A DNA stretch of 58,340 nt, filler included, from Dirinaria sp. TL-2023a (Eukaryota), in the NCBI GenBank assembly GCA_051941275.1. It is 7 parts of 7 records of this genome, joined end to end, with 100 filler letters (N's around TTAATTAATTAA, not from the genome) between each part and the next. Parts side by side here need not be neighbours in the genome. Positions count along the whole stretch, not along the records: positions 1 to 8,295 come from JAVEBF010001206.1; positions 8,396 to 16,679 come from JAVEBF010001207.1; 5 more parts are not named here. One strand, 5' to 3'. Both the position numbers and the translations under genes were made by a program. This document shows positions 1 through 11,230 of the stretch, piece by piece (position 1 is the stretch's first letter; each line of letters starts with the position of its first letter). The notes below the pieces were generated by a model. It did not search any database. It worked only from the letters and a program-made list of their open reading frames with translations, and had not been told where the DNA came from.

Positions 1-757
1 GGTCTAGGCCATCAAGGCTTTCGATTTTCTGGATCTTGTTCTGTACGAAGTAAAGATCCTTAAGTTTTTGTAAGTGGTTGACATTCTTGATGTGCTTGAT
101 GTTGTTGAAGCTGAGATCCAGGCTCGTGAGTTCTTTGAATGCTTCGAGACCTTTTATGTGGGATATCACGTTGTCGTAAAGGTCCAGCTCTTGTAATTTG
201 GCGCCAAAATCTTCGGGAAATTTAATGTGTGAGATGGCGTTTTGACGAAGGCAAAGTTTCTGAATGGTGAATGGTTAGCTAGCCTTGTAGCTCCATGGCT
301 GCTTATAGGCGTCGGCCTTCAGAACAGCGTACCTCTACTTCTTGGAACCGTTCGAGGCGTAGTGCAGGTATAGAAGAGATGCGGCAATGGACAAGGTCAA
401 TTTCCTACAACAGCAAGGGAAAGTCAGTATCTCTCGTAAATGGCTATACTGCATCGTACATCCGCATCCTCCTCGAGATCATCCAGCAAATCTACCAGAC
501 TTCCGTATCAGCAACGAATTCCGGGAAACTCCTCAAAACCTACCGTCATCGGCATCAATTTTCTCTACTGGTGGAGCATCCTCGTCCGAGTAATCTGGAT
601 CCGACAATATCTCGGCATTGGTGACTTCCACCTTTTTCCCAACGCGCAGCTTTCCATCCCATCCCTTGCTATCTCGAGGGATGGCGCCATTTGTTGAAGG
701 CTGAGGACTGGCACCGCCATCAATAGCCGCTTGAGATGACTCTGGGTTATCTGTCAT
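1..757 (-). CDS. SDS22: Protein phosphatase 1 regulatory subunit Sds22 (LRR protein); 3' part cut off at window/contig start; at least 3 introns
   Basis: The N-terminus has RDSKGWDGKLR and SDPDYSDEDAPPVEKIDADD. After splicing (first intron 543-492) it continues DLLDDLEEDAD / EIDLVHCRISSIPALRLERF / KLCLRQNAISHI...LQELDLYDNVISHIKGLEAFKELTSLDLSFNNIKHIKNV, which are SDS22-type leucine-rich repeats. Confidence 0.93.
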
Positions 758-1318
758 TCTTGTCTCGCTTTGTAAGAGAAAATTGTAGACTTGGTAAACG
801 GAAGAGAAAGTTAAAACAGCCCATGTGAACGAAGTACCTTAAGCCAAGAATCCCCCGATTCGCTTATGATAGATATGATTTGATAACAGGGTAAGCGATT
901 ATCGATTATCGCGGCTGATCGCCAACGCTAAAAGCACAATTAAAGATCTTCTGAAATTGAACTCTTCCTTTGTATCAGAACATTTGTGCTTCTTTTGTGT
1001 GCTTTGTTGGGAATGCTCAGGTCAGCTTTTGTGAGCGGCCTCATCAAGCCTATTTGAAAGCAAGTCCTCAAGATCGGATTTCAAATGCAGGTGAGGCAAA
1101 CAAGTGGACTTCTGCCTTGTTAGGTGGATTAGAACGCTCGGCAAGCCTCCACAATTTGTTAGAGAGCAATTGGTTGAATGTGTCTTATTGAACGATTTTT
1201 CTCTTTTTAAGGCTCCATGAGCCATGCAAATGGGTACAAGTGCCTAGTATAGGCACAAGTATATGCCTTAACCTCCTGACTTCCTGTTACCACATTCCTC
1301 GCTGAGTTCAAGGCGGTC

Positions 1319-1675
1319 CTAAGAACCACGCTTGTCCTTTTTTGCACGCCATTCTTTGTATGCTTCCACTAGCTCCTCATCATGCTCCTTGCAGAATTTC
1401 TCCATCTTGCTGTCGTCTTCGCCGGCGCACAAGTTTTCCAGGTCTAAGTCGTTCAGGAACTGTTGGACCTTGGACGCCGTAGCGCTATGGTATATCAGTA
1501 TATTTCCTTCATGGCAACATGGAGCCATATGGCAGAGGAGATACGTCTTATCTGAAAGGAGATAGCAACGTCTACACTTTCTATGCTGGCAGCGAAGACA
1601 GCGTAGCTGATCATGCTGGTTTACTCCTTCCTTGCAATTATGGCATCCCCATTCCTTCCCCTCTTTGCGCGCCAT
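1319..1675 (-). CDS. Small Cys/His-rich putative zinc-binding protein (cluster member 1, 118 aa)
   Basis: ATG at 1675 gives MARKEGKEWGCHNC-x11-CLRCQHRKCRRC, followed by a charged C-terminal tail. The motif is shared with three other ORFs in this contig. Confidence 0.65.
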   Translation of the reverse strand: MARKEGKEWGCHNCKEGVNQHDQLRCLRCQHRKCRRCYLLSDKTYLLCHMAPCCHEGNILIYHSATASKVQQFLNDLDLENLCAGEDDSKMEKFCKEHDEELVEAYKEWRAKKDKRGS

Positions 1676-2361
1676 GATACGAGGCGTCGGAAAATGGCGA
1701 CTGGGTGAGGAGCAAGGCGATTTGTGGATATGTTTGTATTTCAATGTGAGGGTGTGGGAGTGTGAGGATGTGAGATTGGTTGGATGAGTGTGCGGGTGGG
1801 AGATTTGTGAGATTTTGATTTATTGTGGTAGTGTAAAAACGGCACAATAATCCTCGCACTAGTATCTTATTCGCGTTACAGAAAGGTATGGTCCTTCATA
1901 CAAAGAATCAGCCCTTGCCGCTTATGGGGACATCAGTATTAACACTTGTTTAGACAGATAACATAAAGCAAGCCCCCTGCACAATCTGTTTGTGAAAGCA
2001 ATCTATCACACCCGGCAAGCAGATACAAATCCGAATCAGCAGATCTCTTCAGCCATCCATCTTCGAAAACGCCGAAGTCTCAGAATCCAAGAAGCGGCAG
2101 TCAAGATACGCAAACTTCAACGGTCTTCGCTCTCACGATCTTCAAAGCCTTGTCTCTGATATCCTTAGCCATGCAGTTCCAATGGCGAGTCTTTGGTTCG
2201 TCCGACCTGCACTCAAGCCAAAATTAGTCCAGCTGGTTCGTTGATTGCAGATCTACAGCTTGAGCCCGCAGCGATAGACTGAATAAGCTTTGTGTTTAAT
2301 TGAACTGACGGCTAGCTCGAGCAAAGCGTCAATGAGGTCATCGTTTTCCTACAACGTTAGA

Positions 2362-2577
2362 TCAATTCCTAGGAGTATCTCCATATACCGCACCGCCGGC
2401 TGATGCTGATGTGTTTTGACGTTGGAGGCTGTATTCCTGCCGGCTACTTGTTCGGCTTGGATTTATGTTGTGGTGTTCGCAACTACAACAAACAACGTGC
2501 GAGCATTTCAGACATTTCGGTGTGTGTTCTGACATCCAAGTGTCACCGCACTGACAGCATAACCACCCGCATATCAT
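2362..2577 (-). CDS. Small Cys/His-rich putative zinc-binding protein (cluster member 2, 71 aa unspliced)
   Basis: ATG at 2577 gives MICGWLCCQCGDTWMSEHTPKCLKCSHVVCCSC. A CTAAC...GTAG branch/acceptor near 2350 suggests it may splice onward toward about 2100. Confidence 0.65.
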   Translation of the reverse strand: MICGWLCCQCGDTWMSEHTPKCLKCSHVVCCSCEHHNINPSRTSSRQEYSLQRQNTSASAGGAVYGDTPRN

Positions 2578-3162
2578 TCTAGCTGTCCAGGACAGACTCA
2601 ACAATGTTTGAGTTGTGGATATGGCTGCAATAACCTGGCCCCGTAAAATGGGATTGCAGGATCTGTCTGCTTCGATATGGTAATATGACTTAGAAGAAGA
2701 TCAGAAATTGGTTGGCGAACTGGCAATTTATATCTGGAAGCGTCCTTTCAGAGTCATAGATTTTCGTTCATCTGGCTCACGAGGAGTCAGTTTCTATCCC
2801 ATTTCCTTGCTCATAGCGAGTCAAAATTGCTCATTATTTCCTCGGCCATGAAGAGTCTCGTAATTTCTGGGTGACCTTTATTAAAAGTCAAACGATCCAT
2901 TTGTGTCATTTCTCCTCGATCTATTTCTGATAGTAACGCAATCAACAATGGAGGCTTTCCCATTCCCAGGTTTAGAAGCTGTAATGGCCCATCTGTGAGT
3001 TCTGGGCACTTTTGAATCTGCCGGCGTTTTTTTTACAACAATGCATAAGGTATTATGCTTGGCATAGATGTTCGATACGGTCATGCAACGAGATTTTGCA
3101 GGGGGGGCCGGGACTAATCTGACGAGGCAAGTACTCGAATGGAAGTACAATATCCTACTATA

Positions 3163-4162
3163 CTAAACGTCAAGTTCTCCTCTGACGAACTCAAGCATTG
3201 CCGCGGCAATAAGTGTACCGTCGTGTTTATCATAGACCCTATTCATCGCATCACTGTACAGCGTCTTGTCTGTGAACCCAATAGCATCACCTGCTTTCAG
3301 CAACTCGAGCATAATTTCCTCGTTGAACTCGGGATGGCCTTGGAGGGTGATAAGCTTGCGTGGTAAATACATGCCTTGTACTTCGCAGACGGGCGATGTG
3401 CCAAGTGGTGTCACTCCTGGAGGATAGGAGCATACGATGTCGTGATGCATTTGATGGATTGCCTGCTTATTCATTAATGACTGCCAGGAACGTCTCTGTA
3501 GGCGGTTGTGGAAACATGCAGGACGATTTATCGATGAAGCTTTGACGGGAGATTGAAGAAGTCCCAAGGCAGGCCTCCTACACAAGCGGTGGCGATTGTA
3601 AAGGGTTCTTTGATAGAAGAAAAAAAGTTCAGCAGACAAGGGTAGACACACTAATTGATCTTTACCAAACATTTTGGCACCAAGCGGCAGCATATCTACC
3701 TTACAGACACTCATTTCGTATCCAAGACTATTGATCGCCCCTTTTGCGCCGAGCGCACGGCCAACGATCTGATGACCGAAACAGAGCCCGATGATCGTGA
3801 CATGATGGTGCGCAAGTACTTGCCGAACATACTCGACAAGCTTATCGATCCATTCGATATCATCGTAGGCGCTGAATCCTGAACATTGCTTCAACACCGT
3901 CTCACATTAAAGGCCGTGTAATTGAGTACTAGGACATACTCGAGCCGGTGATCACTATCGAGTCGACTTCTTCTAAGCCAGGATAAACTTGTCTCTCATC
4001 TACATTCCATACTGACAGCGTAAGCTCATCAAATGGAAGGCCGATACACTCGGCACCGGCTCGAAAGAAGGCTGCCACGACGCCCCCGTAGTCGCCGTAT
4101 GTTTTACGGATAGCTTCTGTTAAGGGATCGCAATCAAGAATAGCGATGCGGGTAGGTGCCAT
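3163..4162 (-). CDS. Class I glutamine amidotransferase-like protein (stand-alone, YLR126C-like); 2 introns
   Basis: It starts RIAILDCD and has VITGS(R)FSAYDDIEWIDKLVEY, the nucleophile motif GLCFGHQ, IHQMHHDIV and the catalytic QGHPEF. Introns lie at about 3939-3880 and 3651-3463. Confidence 0.9.
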
Positions 4163-4619
4163 CTATCTCGGTCGTATTCAAGCAAGCTTTCTTGCATCCT
4201 GATAAGTGAAGGCTCGTTCCACAAGAGGATGCTCCTCTTGCTTGAGTCACGTGATGGTATTCTTATCATCGTATCAGAAGCCTAAATGACGGGATGTTCT
4301 GCTGGGTTTCTGTTATCGATCTTTGAAGATCATTGCGGTTTCTGCGACGGCTGCTTCCGCTTCGTCGTTTGTTATCTTTCGCGCAACCGCCAACCATGAG
4401 ATCACAATCTAACTGGGTTAATCTCCTTCTGTGTTACGTTGTCGTTGAACTTGTTTGACAAGAGTAATTTATGGCTATGAGAACGGACGGGTCAGTCATA
4501 AGGTAATGACCGAATGCCGGTCTAGGGGTCAGAACCGGCAGCTTAGCATGTGGAGCAGCATGGTGTGAACAGTCCATTGCCGCGACCGAGCTTCGTCTTC
4601 TCAGTTTCCAGACAAAAAA

Positions 4620-4710
4620 ATGACACTCAGCACAAGTGTCAACATCCGAGGCAAATGCGAGGAGGCCGAGGAGGACCACTAAATGGTAAACATTTGGTGC
4701 AATAACGCAG
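4620..4710 (-). pseudogene. Probable decayed copy of the small Cys/His protein family
   Basis: One frame reads LRYCTKC-x12-CLGC*H, then after a frameshift CAECH (compare CRICRHRRCAECH in the 5906-6049 paralogue). There is an internal TGA and no in-frame ATG. Confidence 0.4.
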
Positions 4711-5905
4711 ACAACGGAATTTGACTGAGGGGCTGGTTACTTATGACGATGTATCAGACCCACCTCTATCCTAATGATCGTTCATTCTGACGGTCTGTCC
4801 TTGAATGGTGTTAATTCACAAGTACTCCATACTCCGTACCACACACAAAAGAAGAAGAACGTCGCCGTAGTGGCTAGCGGGATCAATGCCACTAATGCAG
4901 CGGTTAAATGGGTGCTGCCCAGAGCCCCTAACGACCACATCAAATTTCACCGTCAGCACCTCTTAGCGCTGATCGCCCTGGCCATGCCTTTTGGTGAGAT
5001 CCTCCGTAAATCAGTAACATCGGGTCGTCATGGAGATTGAGGTTATGCAAATGAGGGTTTAGATATCTGGGTCAAAGCAAAGCTCCACTTATTGATTTCA
5101 GTCCGTCTATTTGTGGTTGATGCAATGGGCAATCGGGTCGGAGCAACGCATACCCTTCAGCTAACGAATCTCAGAACTTATTGGAGGCTCAGCGCAATCA
5201 GCAAGGCGAGCTCCAGATCTATCTTATTTGGGCAATGGTCATCTACGATCAGAGGAATACAGATATTACGTCTTTGCGAAGTTGAGACTTTCTTGCCATG
5301 GATCACGTGGACTTCAGGGTATGGCCGATCTATCAAGCTCTGGAGATTTCCAGCCTCCTATGAATCGCCAAGAAACCCATATGAACGGGCAAACGAGAAA
5401 AACAATTTGTGTCAGTCTTAATCTTACTTTACGTTCAGGCCGGTTTGTTCATTGATATGACTATTTATCAAAAATGCACGGTTTCAAATTATGCATCAAC
5501 CCCATGCTTTGAATGGAATGAGTCTGAATCATCTAATATTCCAAGCAGACAAACTTAAATAACATACTACAATTCACCAATCTCGGTTACTAGCTGCTCA
5601 GGTATAAGAGTTAAATTGTAAAATCGAACCATAGAGGTGCACCTTGAACCTCGCCCCCAAAATGCAAGTATTTAAGGTCTTTCGGCTCACGCTTCTCAGA
5701 GCGTTTTTTTACAATAGTGTAATGTCAAATAGCAGGCTGCGCAAGGATAGCAGGCTGTGCAAAGATATCTCCTTCATGTCCTCCACAATCGACTTCACAT
5801 CAAGCTTCCTGTGGTGGGGTTTCCGACGCTGCACTGAGTCAGAGCTTGATCCGAAATACTACTGCAGCTTCGGAATCAAACCTAGCTCTTCTCGGCGTTG
5901 CCAAC

Positions 5906-6049
5906 CTAGCCCAAGTACTCGACGTGGCATTCTGCACATCTTCGGTGGCGGCATATCCTGCAGCGGCCCTGCCTGTAAGAGCTATTCCAGATCCTGTATC
6001 CTCCACTGGCACAGTGACAGCACCACCAGCCATGGACCCTTGAGAACAT
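5906..6049 (-). CDS. Small Cys/His-rich putative zinc-binding protein (cluster member 3, 47 aa; below the ORF-track cutoff)
   Basis: Hand translation: MFSRVHGWWCCHCASGGYRIWNSSYRQGRCRICRHRRCAECHVEYLG*. The start context CAAC-ATG is favourable and the full family motif is present. Confidence 0.7.
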   Translation of the reverse strand: MFSRVHGWWCCHCASGGYRIWNSSYRQGRCRICRHRRCAECHVEYLG

Positions 6050-7348
6050 GTTGGTAGCGCTTGGTGAAAGGTTGGTGTTAAGTAATAGAGGGATAATTGA
6101 TGACTGTTTCAGTTAAAGAAGTAGCTGGTTTTATCAGACTGACGCTTTTAGCAGATAGAGGCCGATCATGCACAGTGTTAAAAAGTAAAAGAAATCTCGA
6201 AACAAGGCAAGCAGTTCGGGATTAATACACGAAAACTCATTCTTCAGAGTCATATCCCCAGCTCGAGGTTCTCTTACTCAAATTCACATTTCATGAAGGC
6301 CTACCTCTCGGTCATCACCCTTCGTCAGTCATGGTCGACAAATTTGATTCAGCTCATGATAACCTCATGCATGCTATCAGGTATTGAAACTGCAAAGGAA
6401 CCTTATTACTCAGTAACGCAGTCCTCATACTTAAAGAGACTTGTTTGCTAACAAACTGTGTTTGCTGACTATTCATCATGAACTATAAGTTCTCTCTAGC
6501 ATCTCCAGCATAGCCTCACATGAAACTTGTGCAAACTTGCCGAGCATACTACAAATGCGTGTTCACACATGTTACGATACCACAAAATTGCGGTCTCTTC
6601 TCAACAACTTGGTAATGACATACTCCAATTCAAGATGTTGTGCATGACTCTGAGCGGGTTTGAAATTCAAAAAAAGAGCAAATAAGATTGATGAAGCCTG
6701 AATCCACATGCCAGATCCGTCAAACTCGGATCTACATCATCGATATGGCTCATGTTTTCGTTTTTCGTCGTAGAGCTTTACTTTTCTTTGCTATAGTTTG
6801 CGCCAGATCCTCGATTATGATCTCCGATATTTACTCCGATGTCCATCCGCTCTCATGATCTGCAAGTTATAAACACGGACAGACCCCCGACCCGAAGCCA
6901 GATCCTCCCAGCAAAACCAATCTCCTACGTCCTATTCAATCTTCATGTTTTCATACAAACTCAGCAATGTGTGAACTACCCCGGATCTCATTCTATGAGT
7001 CTGAGACATCTATCACGCAGGGGCTGTGCTGGCTCTAAGGTTTCGTCAAAGATGGCGTGGCTTCACTGTTTCCTCCCTGCCTTTGTCATACCCAGCTTTC
7101 GTGTCTTCAATCTCCTTCCCCCTGCCAACAATCCTATATGATCCATCCTTTAGCAGTGTTTCTCTATTTCTTTCTCTCCTCTACTTCTCTTGCTACCCAA
7201 TCATATCACATGATTCCCTCCATTCCCTCATAACCCTTCCAAAACCGATTCTTGTCTTACAAAGCCCCCAAAAAACTCGAACCTCCTTCAACAGAGATCC
7301 GAAGAAGAAATACAATATCTGCCTCACATCTTCTCTATCCTCCCAAAA

Positions 7349-7804
7349 ATGGTCAACGGATGGTGGTGCCACGTCTGCCCCCTCGCCAACCGCCGGCGGA
7401 TGTGGATGTCCTACCACAAGACCCAATGCACAGCGTGCGGGCACCTGGTCTGCAACCTCTGCTTGTGGGACGATATCGGCAAGGTGACCGCCAGCTCTCG
7501 GTCTCACCAACATCACAGCCAGCAGGGGCCTTCTAATCGTAGACACGGCGGAGGAGGAAGAGATATCCCTAACATCACAACCACCTCATCTCTGGACGAA
7601 GACCTCAGTCGCCTTTTTCCAGATGATTTCCCCACGAACATCCCAATTCCGAGCTCTTCAACGGGCCAGCAACAATACACCCTCGCAGAGCCATCGAATC
7701 TCGTCCCTGCGACTCAAAAGCAAGAAGAAGAAGAAGGAGCGCATCCTTGCCAGGGAGAAGAAGGCGTTTGTTGGTTGGGCGATATTGAGATGAAGAAAGA
7801 GTAA
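7349..7804 (+). CDS. Small Cys/His-rich putative zinc-binding protein (cluster member 4, 151 aa)
   Basis: AAAA-ATG start; MVNGWWCHVCPLANRRRMWMSYHKTQCTACGHLVCNLC followed by a low-complexity tail. Confidence 0.7.
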   Translation: MVNGWWCHVCPLANRRRMWMSYHKTQCTACGHLVCNLCLWDDIGKVTASSRSHQHHSQQGPSNRRHGGGGRDIPNITTTSSLDEDLSRLFPDDFPTNIPIPSSSTGQQQYTLAEPSNLVPATQKQEEEEGAHPCQGEEGVCWLGDIEMKKE

Positions 7805-8295
7805 TTTAGGGAAAGAGCGGATGGCGAATAGCGAAGAGCAATGGTCTAGAAAAGGAATTACACAACTCCATGAAATAGTTTTCATAGATAAAGGAAGTTT
7901 CTGGTTTGAGACCTTTCTTCTCTCTTGTTACCAAAATTTCCTATCTCTCATAGCCTACATATCTTCCATTCCTTTTTTTTTTTTTTTTTTTTTTTTCTTT
8001 TTTCTTTTTCTCAAAATCCGGACCATTGAAACAAGACCCCCTCTCCGCGCAGCGAGCGCGAGTGCACAATTTCCTCATCCTAATCCCGTCGCCCTCCATA
8101 TCCCAACCCTACCTCTTTTCCAATCTCCTTTCCCCCCTTTTCTCAATCCCACTCAAAGAAACCAAACTTTCTCCCTACCTACCTACCTACCGCGCCTCCT
8201 CCTCCCCCTCTCTTCTCCTTTATCAGACCCAGAACCAATAGATCGATCACATGTGCCATCCCTTTTCCCCCTCTCTTGGCTTGGTATATATACCC

Positions 8296-8395
8296 NNNNN
8301 NNNNNNNNNNNNNNNNNNNNNNNNNNNNNNNNNNNNNNNTTAATTAATTAANNNNNNNNNNNNNNNNNNNNNNNNNNNNNNNNNNNNNNNNNNNN
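8296..8395. other. Artificial contig-joining linker (N44-TTAATTAATTAA-N44)
   Basis: 100-bp spacer with a core giving stops in all six frames; identical at six places in the window. Confidence 0.99.
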
Positions 8396-9870
8396 CATTG
8401 AACTTCTCAGTCGATTTCTCTCAATTGAATTAAGTAGATTTTTGTCGAATTTTGTATGTGACGACGAGCGATTGCCTTTAATTTGTTCGTTGTTATTAGC
8501 TCAAACAGAGTTTTAGTTGAAAAATCTTTGGAAGCCCAAGCCTATAAGCGTTATTCACCTGCTGTCTGTAGCAGATTGCATTCTGTTTTTCACGCTTCTT
8601 GTCAGGAACCATATAATGGTCGAGAAAGACGACGATTTTATCTTCGAATTAACTCTATCTGAGCTAGGATCTTCCTAGACTGAGATTTAGGAGCCTTTAT
8701 TTGATGTCCCTTTTTGGATTTAGATAGCATAAAAAGAGACAGCTTCTTTTCGACGAGTAGCGAGAGCTCTTTCTGCTCCATTTTCAGAAGCATCTCTGAA
8801 CGCATGCATGCTTTCGAGTTTCTGTCACTTATTGTTGCTTGATTTTGAGTCTGATAATATAGCTCTGTCTTTCTTGACAATCGCCAAGGACCAGGATAAC
8901 AATTGCTCTGGAATCTGAATATGAAGTCCAATTTGATAGTAACTTCTTCTTTCTTCCAAATTCTTGAAAAATTGATTAATCTTTCAAAGTCTTTGTTCGA
9001 TCTTGAATCATGAGTCGATTTTGCGAATCGAAAATTATCTTGACTTCGAAGACCCAGTAAATTCAACGATGATAAAATGCATCAATGAAATGAACTTGCT
9101 GAACTCTTCAGTGGAGTTTTCAAGTCTTTTCTCTCAATTGAATTAAATAAATTCCTTTCGAAGAGTTTGCATGTGACGACGAGCAATTTTTATTGTCTCG
9201 TTCGACGATAGTAGCTCGAAGAGAATTAAGACATTCATGTTTGCTGTCATTCTTTGTAATTTGAGTTGGGATTGATATTGCAGTTAGCCTTGTCTCTCAC
9301 GAGTACCGCCAAGTAGAAACGGATCATTTGCTCTGTATACGAAGCCCAATTTGACAGAAACTTCTTCTTTCAGTTTTGTGAAAAACTTGGTGATTTTCGT
9401 GTTGAGATGTGTATCGTCGATTAAAACTGTTCTCGGAAAACGCTTTTTCCCTTTGAACTTCAACTAATTGGTCCGAGCGAATTCGGTTTAAGTTCAAGAA
9501 TCTCTTGAGAATTCAATTAATACAAGATCAAGAATAGAGTCTTTCGCGTGCAAACTCGATTGTATGAATCGAGCTGCGAAACATGAACGTTTAGAGTCTT
9601 GATTTGATCTCGGATCAAAGATCATTTTGATTCCGAGAATTCAATAAATCGAAGATTGATAAAATATATTAATGAAATCAACACATTGAGCTTTCGAGTT
9701 GTTTCTTTCGATTGATTTTTGTCAATTTTTCTCGAGTTTTGCATGTGATGACGAGCGATCGATTTTTCTCATTCGTTGTTATTAATTTCAAGAGAACTGA
9801 GACATCCGTGCTTGTCATCACTTATTGTTGCTTGATTTTGAGTCTGATATCGCAGCTCTGTCTTTCTCGA
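8396..9870. repeat. Degenerate, AT-enriched direct-repeat array (about 3 units spaced about 570-720 bp apart); probably a decayed gene or transposon
   Basis: The block TG(C/T)ATGTGA(C/T)GACGAGC recurs near 8455, 9170 and 9745. Positions 8825-8874 and 9818-9867 match at 46 of 50 bases. No long intact ORF spans the region. Confidence 0.7.
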
Positions 9871-10438
9871 GTATCGGTCTCTTAATCCTGATCAATCCGC
9901 TCAACAGAGTCTTGTCCGATCATGATTTTGAGTTGTTTCTTGCGAAAATGATTTGTAGAATATAGTCGTAGATGTGATGGATCGTGAGAACGTATATATA
10001 GCATATGCAATCTTGACCGGTGCGAGAACCTCGCGCTAAGATTCGCAGAGACGTCTGCGTCTCCTGAGAAGGTTAAGAATGGAAATGTCTAAGCAATTAA
10101 ATGAAGACCGTTATCAATATTAAACTGATTAGCCTCGACCTAGTATTTCAATCTCCATAAAGACTTCTGGGGGGATTCGAAAGTGCTGGGGAGCCTTTTC
10201 AACCGTTCGTTAATTCGTGAAAAAGTCGTTCACCGAGTTGTGGCTCATCATGGTTGTCGCGCAATTAGCTCTCGGTATCTGAGTGTTCAAGACCACTATT
10301 CTGACTCGACAACGATCCAGAATTGAAAAACCTTTCTGACGAGAAATATCTGTTCAGATCCCTTGTATCTTCATCAATTCGTTAATCCGTTATTGGATCC
10401 AAATGCGTTGTACAGCACGAAATTCAGCACCAGGAGGA

Positions 10439-11230
10439 CTAGGGCTCCGACTGCTTAGGTACCGCTTTGGCAGTGTCCCAACAGTGTGCATTCTTGTGTT
10501 GGACGAACGGTGAGGCAAAATGAGCATTGGCAGCTCGAGTTTGAGTGCAGATTGAGAATGAAGCGGACGCCACTGTAGCGGCTGCGGGAGTCTTGCTGGA
10601 AGTAGATAGCGAGTTCGCGTACTTATGGCTTAACGAAGTTTGAGAGCGGCAGTAAGTCACTCTTGACGGCGAGTCATCGATACAGGGACTCACTGTAAAA
10701 AAAGTTAGCGATTATCTCACTGCATCGAATGGGAACCTCCCTCGATATTTCACGCCCAAACAAGATTGAAACTGGTGGCGTACGAAGATGCTCCAAGTCT
10801 CTTTTCTTCAGTCTGACCAATGGCTGCGGCGGAGGAGCGCCCGACGCTCTGCGATGAAGAAACGATAGATGGTTATGAGGTTGGTGATGCAGTAGCGAGC
10901 AGCTCTGACAATCACGTCCGTGATCTGGAGGTGCTTGGGAGATGATCGTAGGCATCAGGTCTTCTGATTTGGTTCTGTTGCCGTATGAGTATGACAGTGT
11001 GGTAGAAGATACTTCTCACTTACAATACTCCTCCTCATCCGATGACAATGAGCTGCAAGGGCTGTTCCTCGCATCAGGCGCGAGAGCAGTACCAACATCT
11101 TCAAAATCAGCATCAAAATCAGTCAACGGAGCACCAGAACCAGATGCGACCCTGAGCGAGCGTTTGAAGGTATGATGTGACTGGGTTGATGCCGGATGTT
11201 TGGACATAGGCTCGATAGGAAACAGTCGAA
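10439..11230 (-). pseudogene. Possible relic of a spliced gene
   Basis: There are splice-like signals (GTAAGT donor near 11023; GCTAAC-polyT-ACAG acceptor ending near 10694) and an acidic/Ser segment (DFDADFED, SSDEEEY). The most protein-like frames contain stops and I recognise no family. Confidence 0.25.

Noticed and set aside
5644..6057. ORF-track entries 5644-6057+, 5839-6033- and 5846-6043+
   Set aside because: They are shadow frames overlapping the 47-aa Cys/His ORF and have no recognisable features.
6530..6650. Possible sixth decayed Cys/His copy (minus strand ...NMCEHAFVVC)
   Set aside because: Only a CxH fragment matches, and recovering the motif would need several frameshifts.
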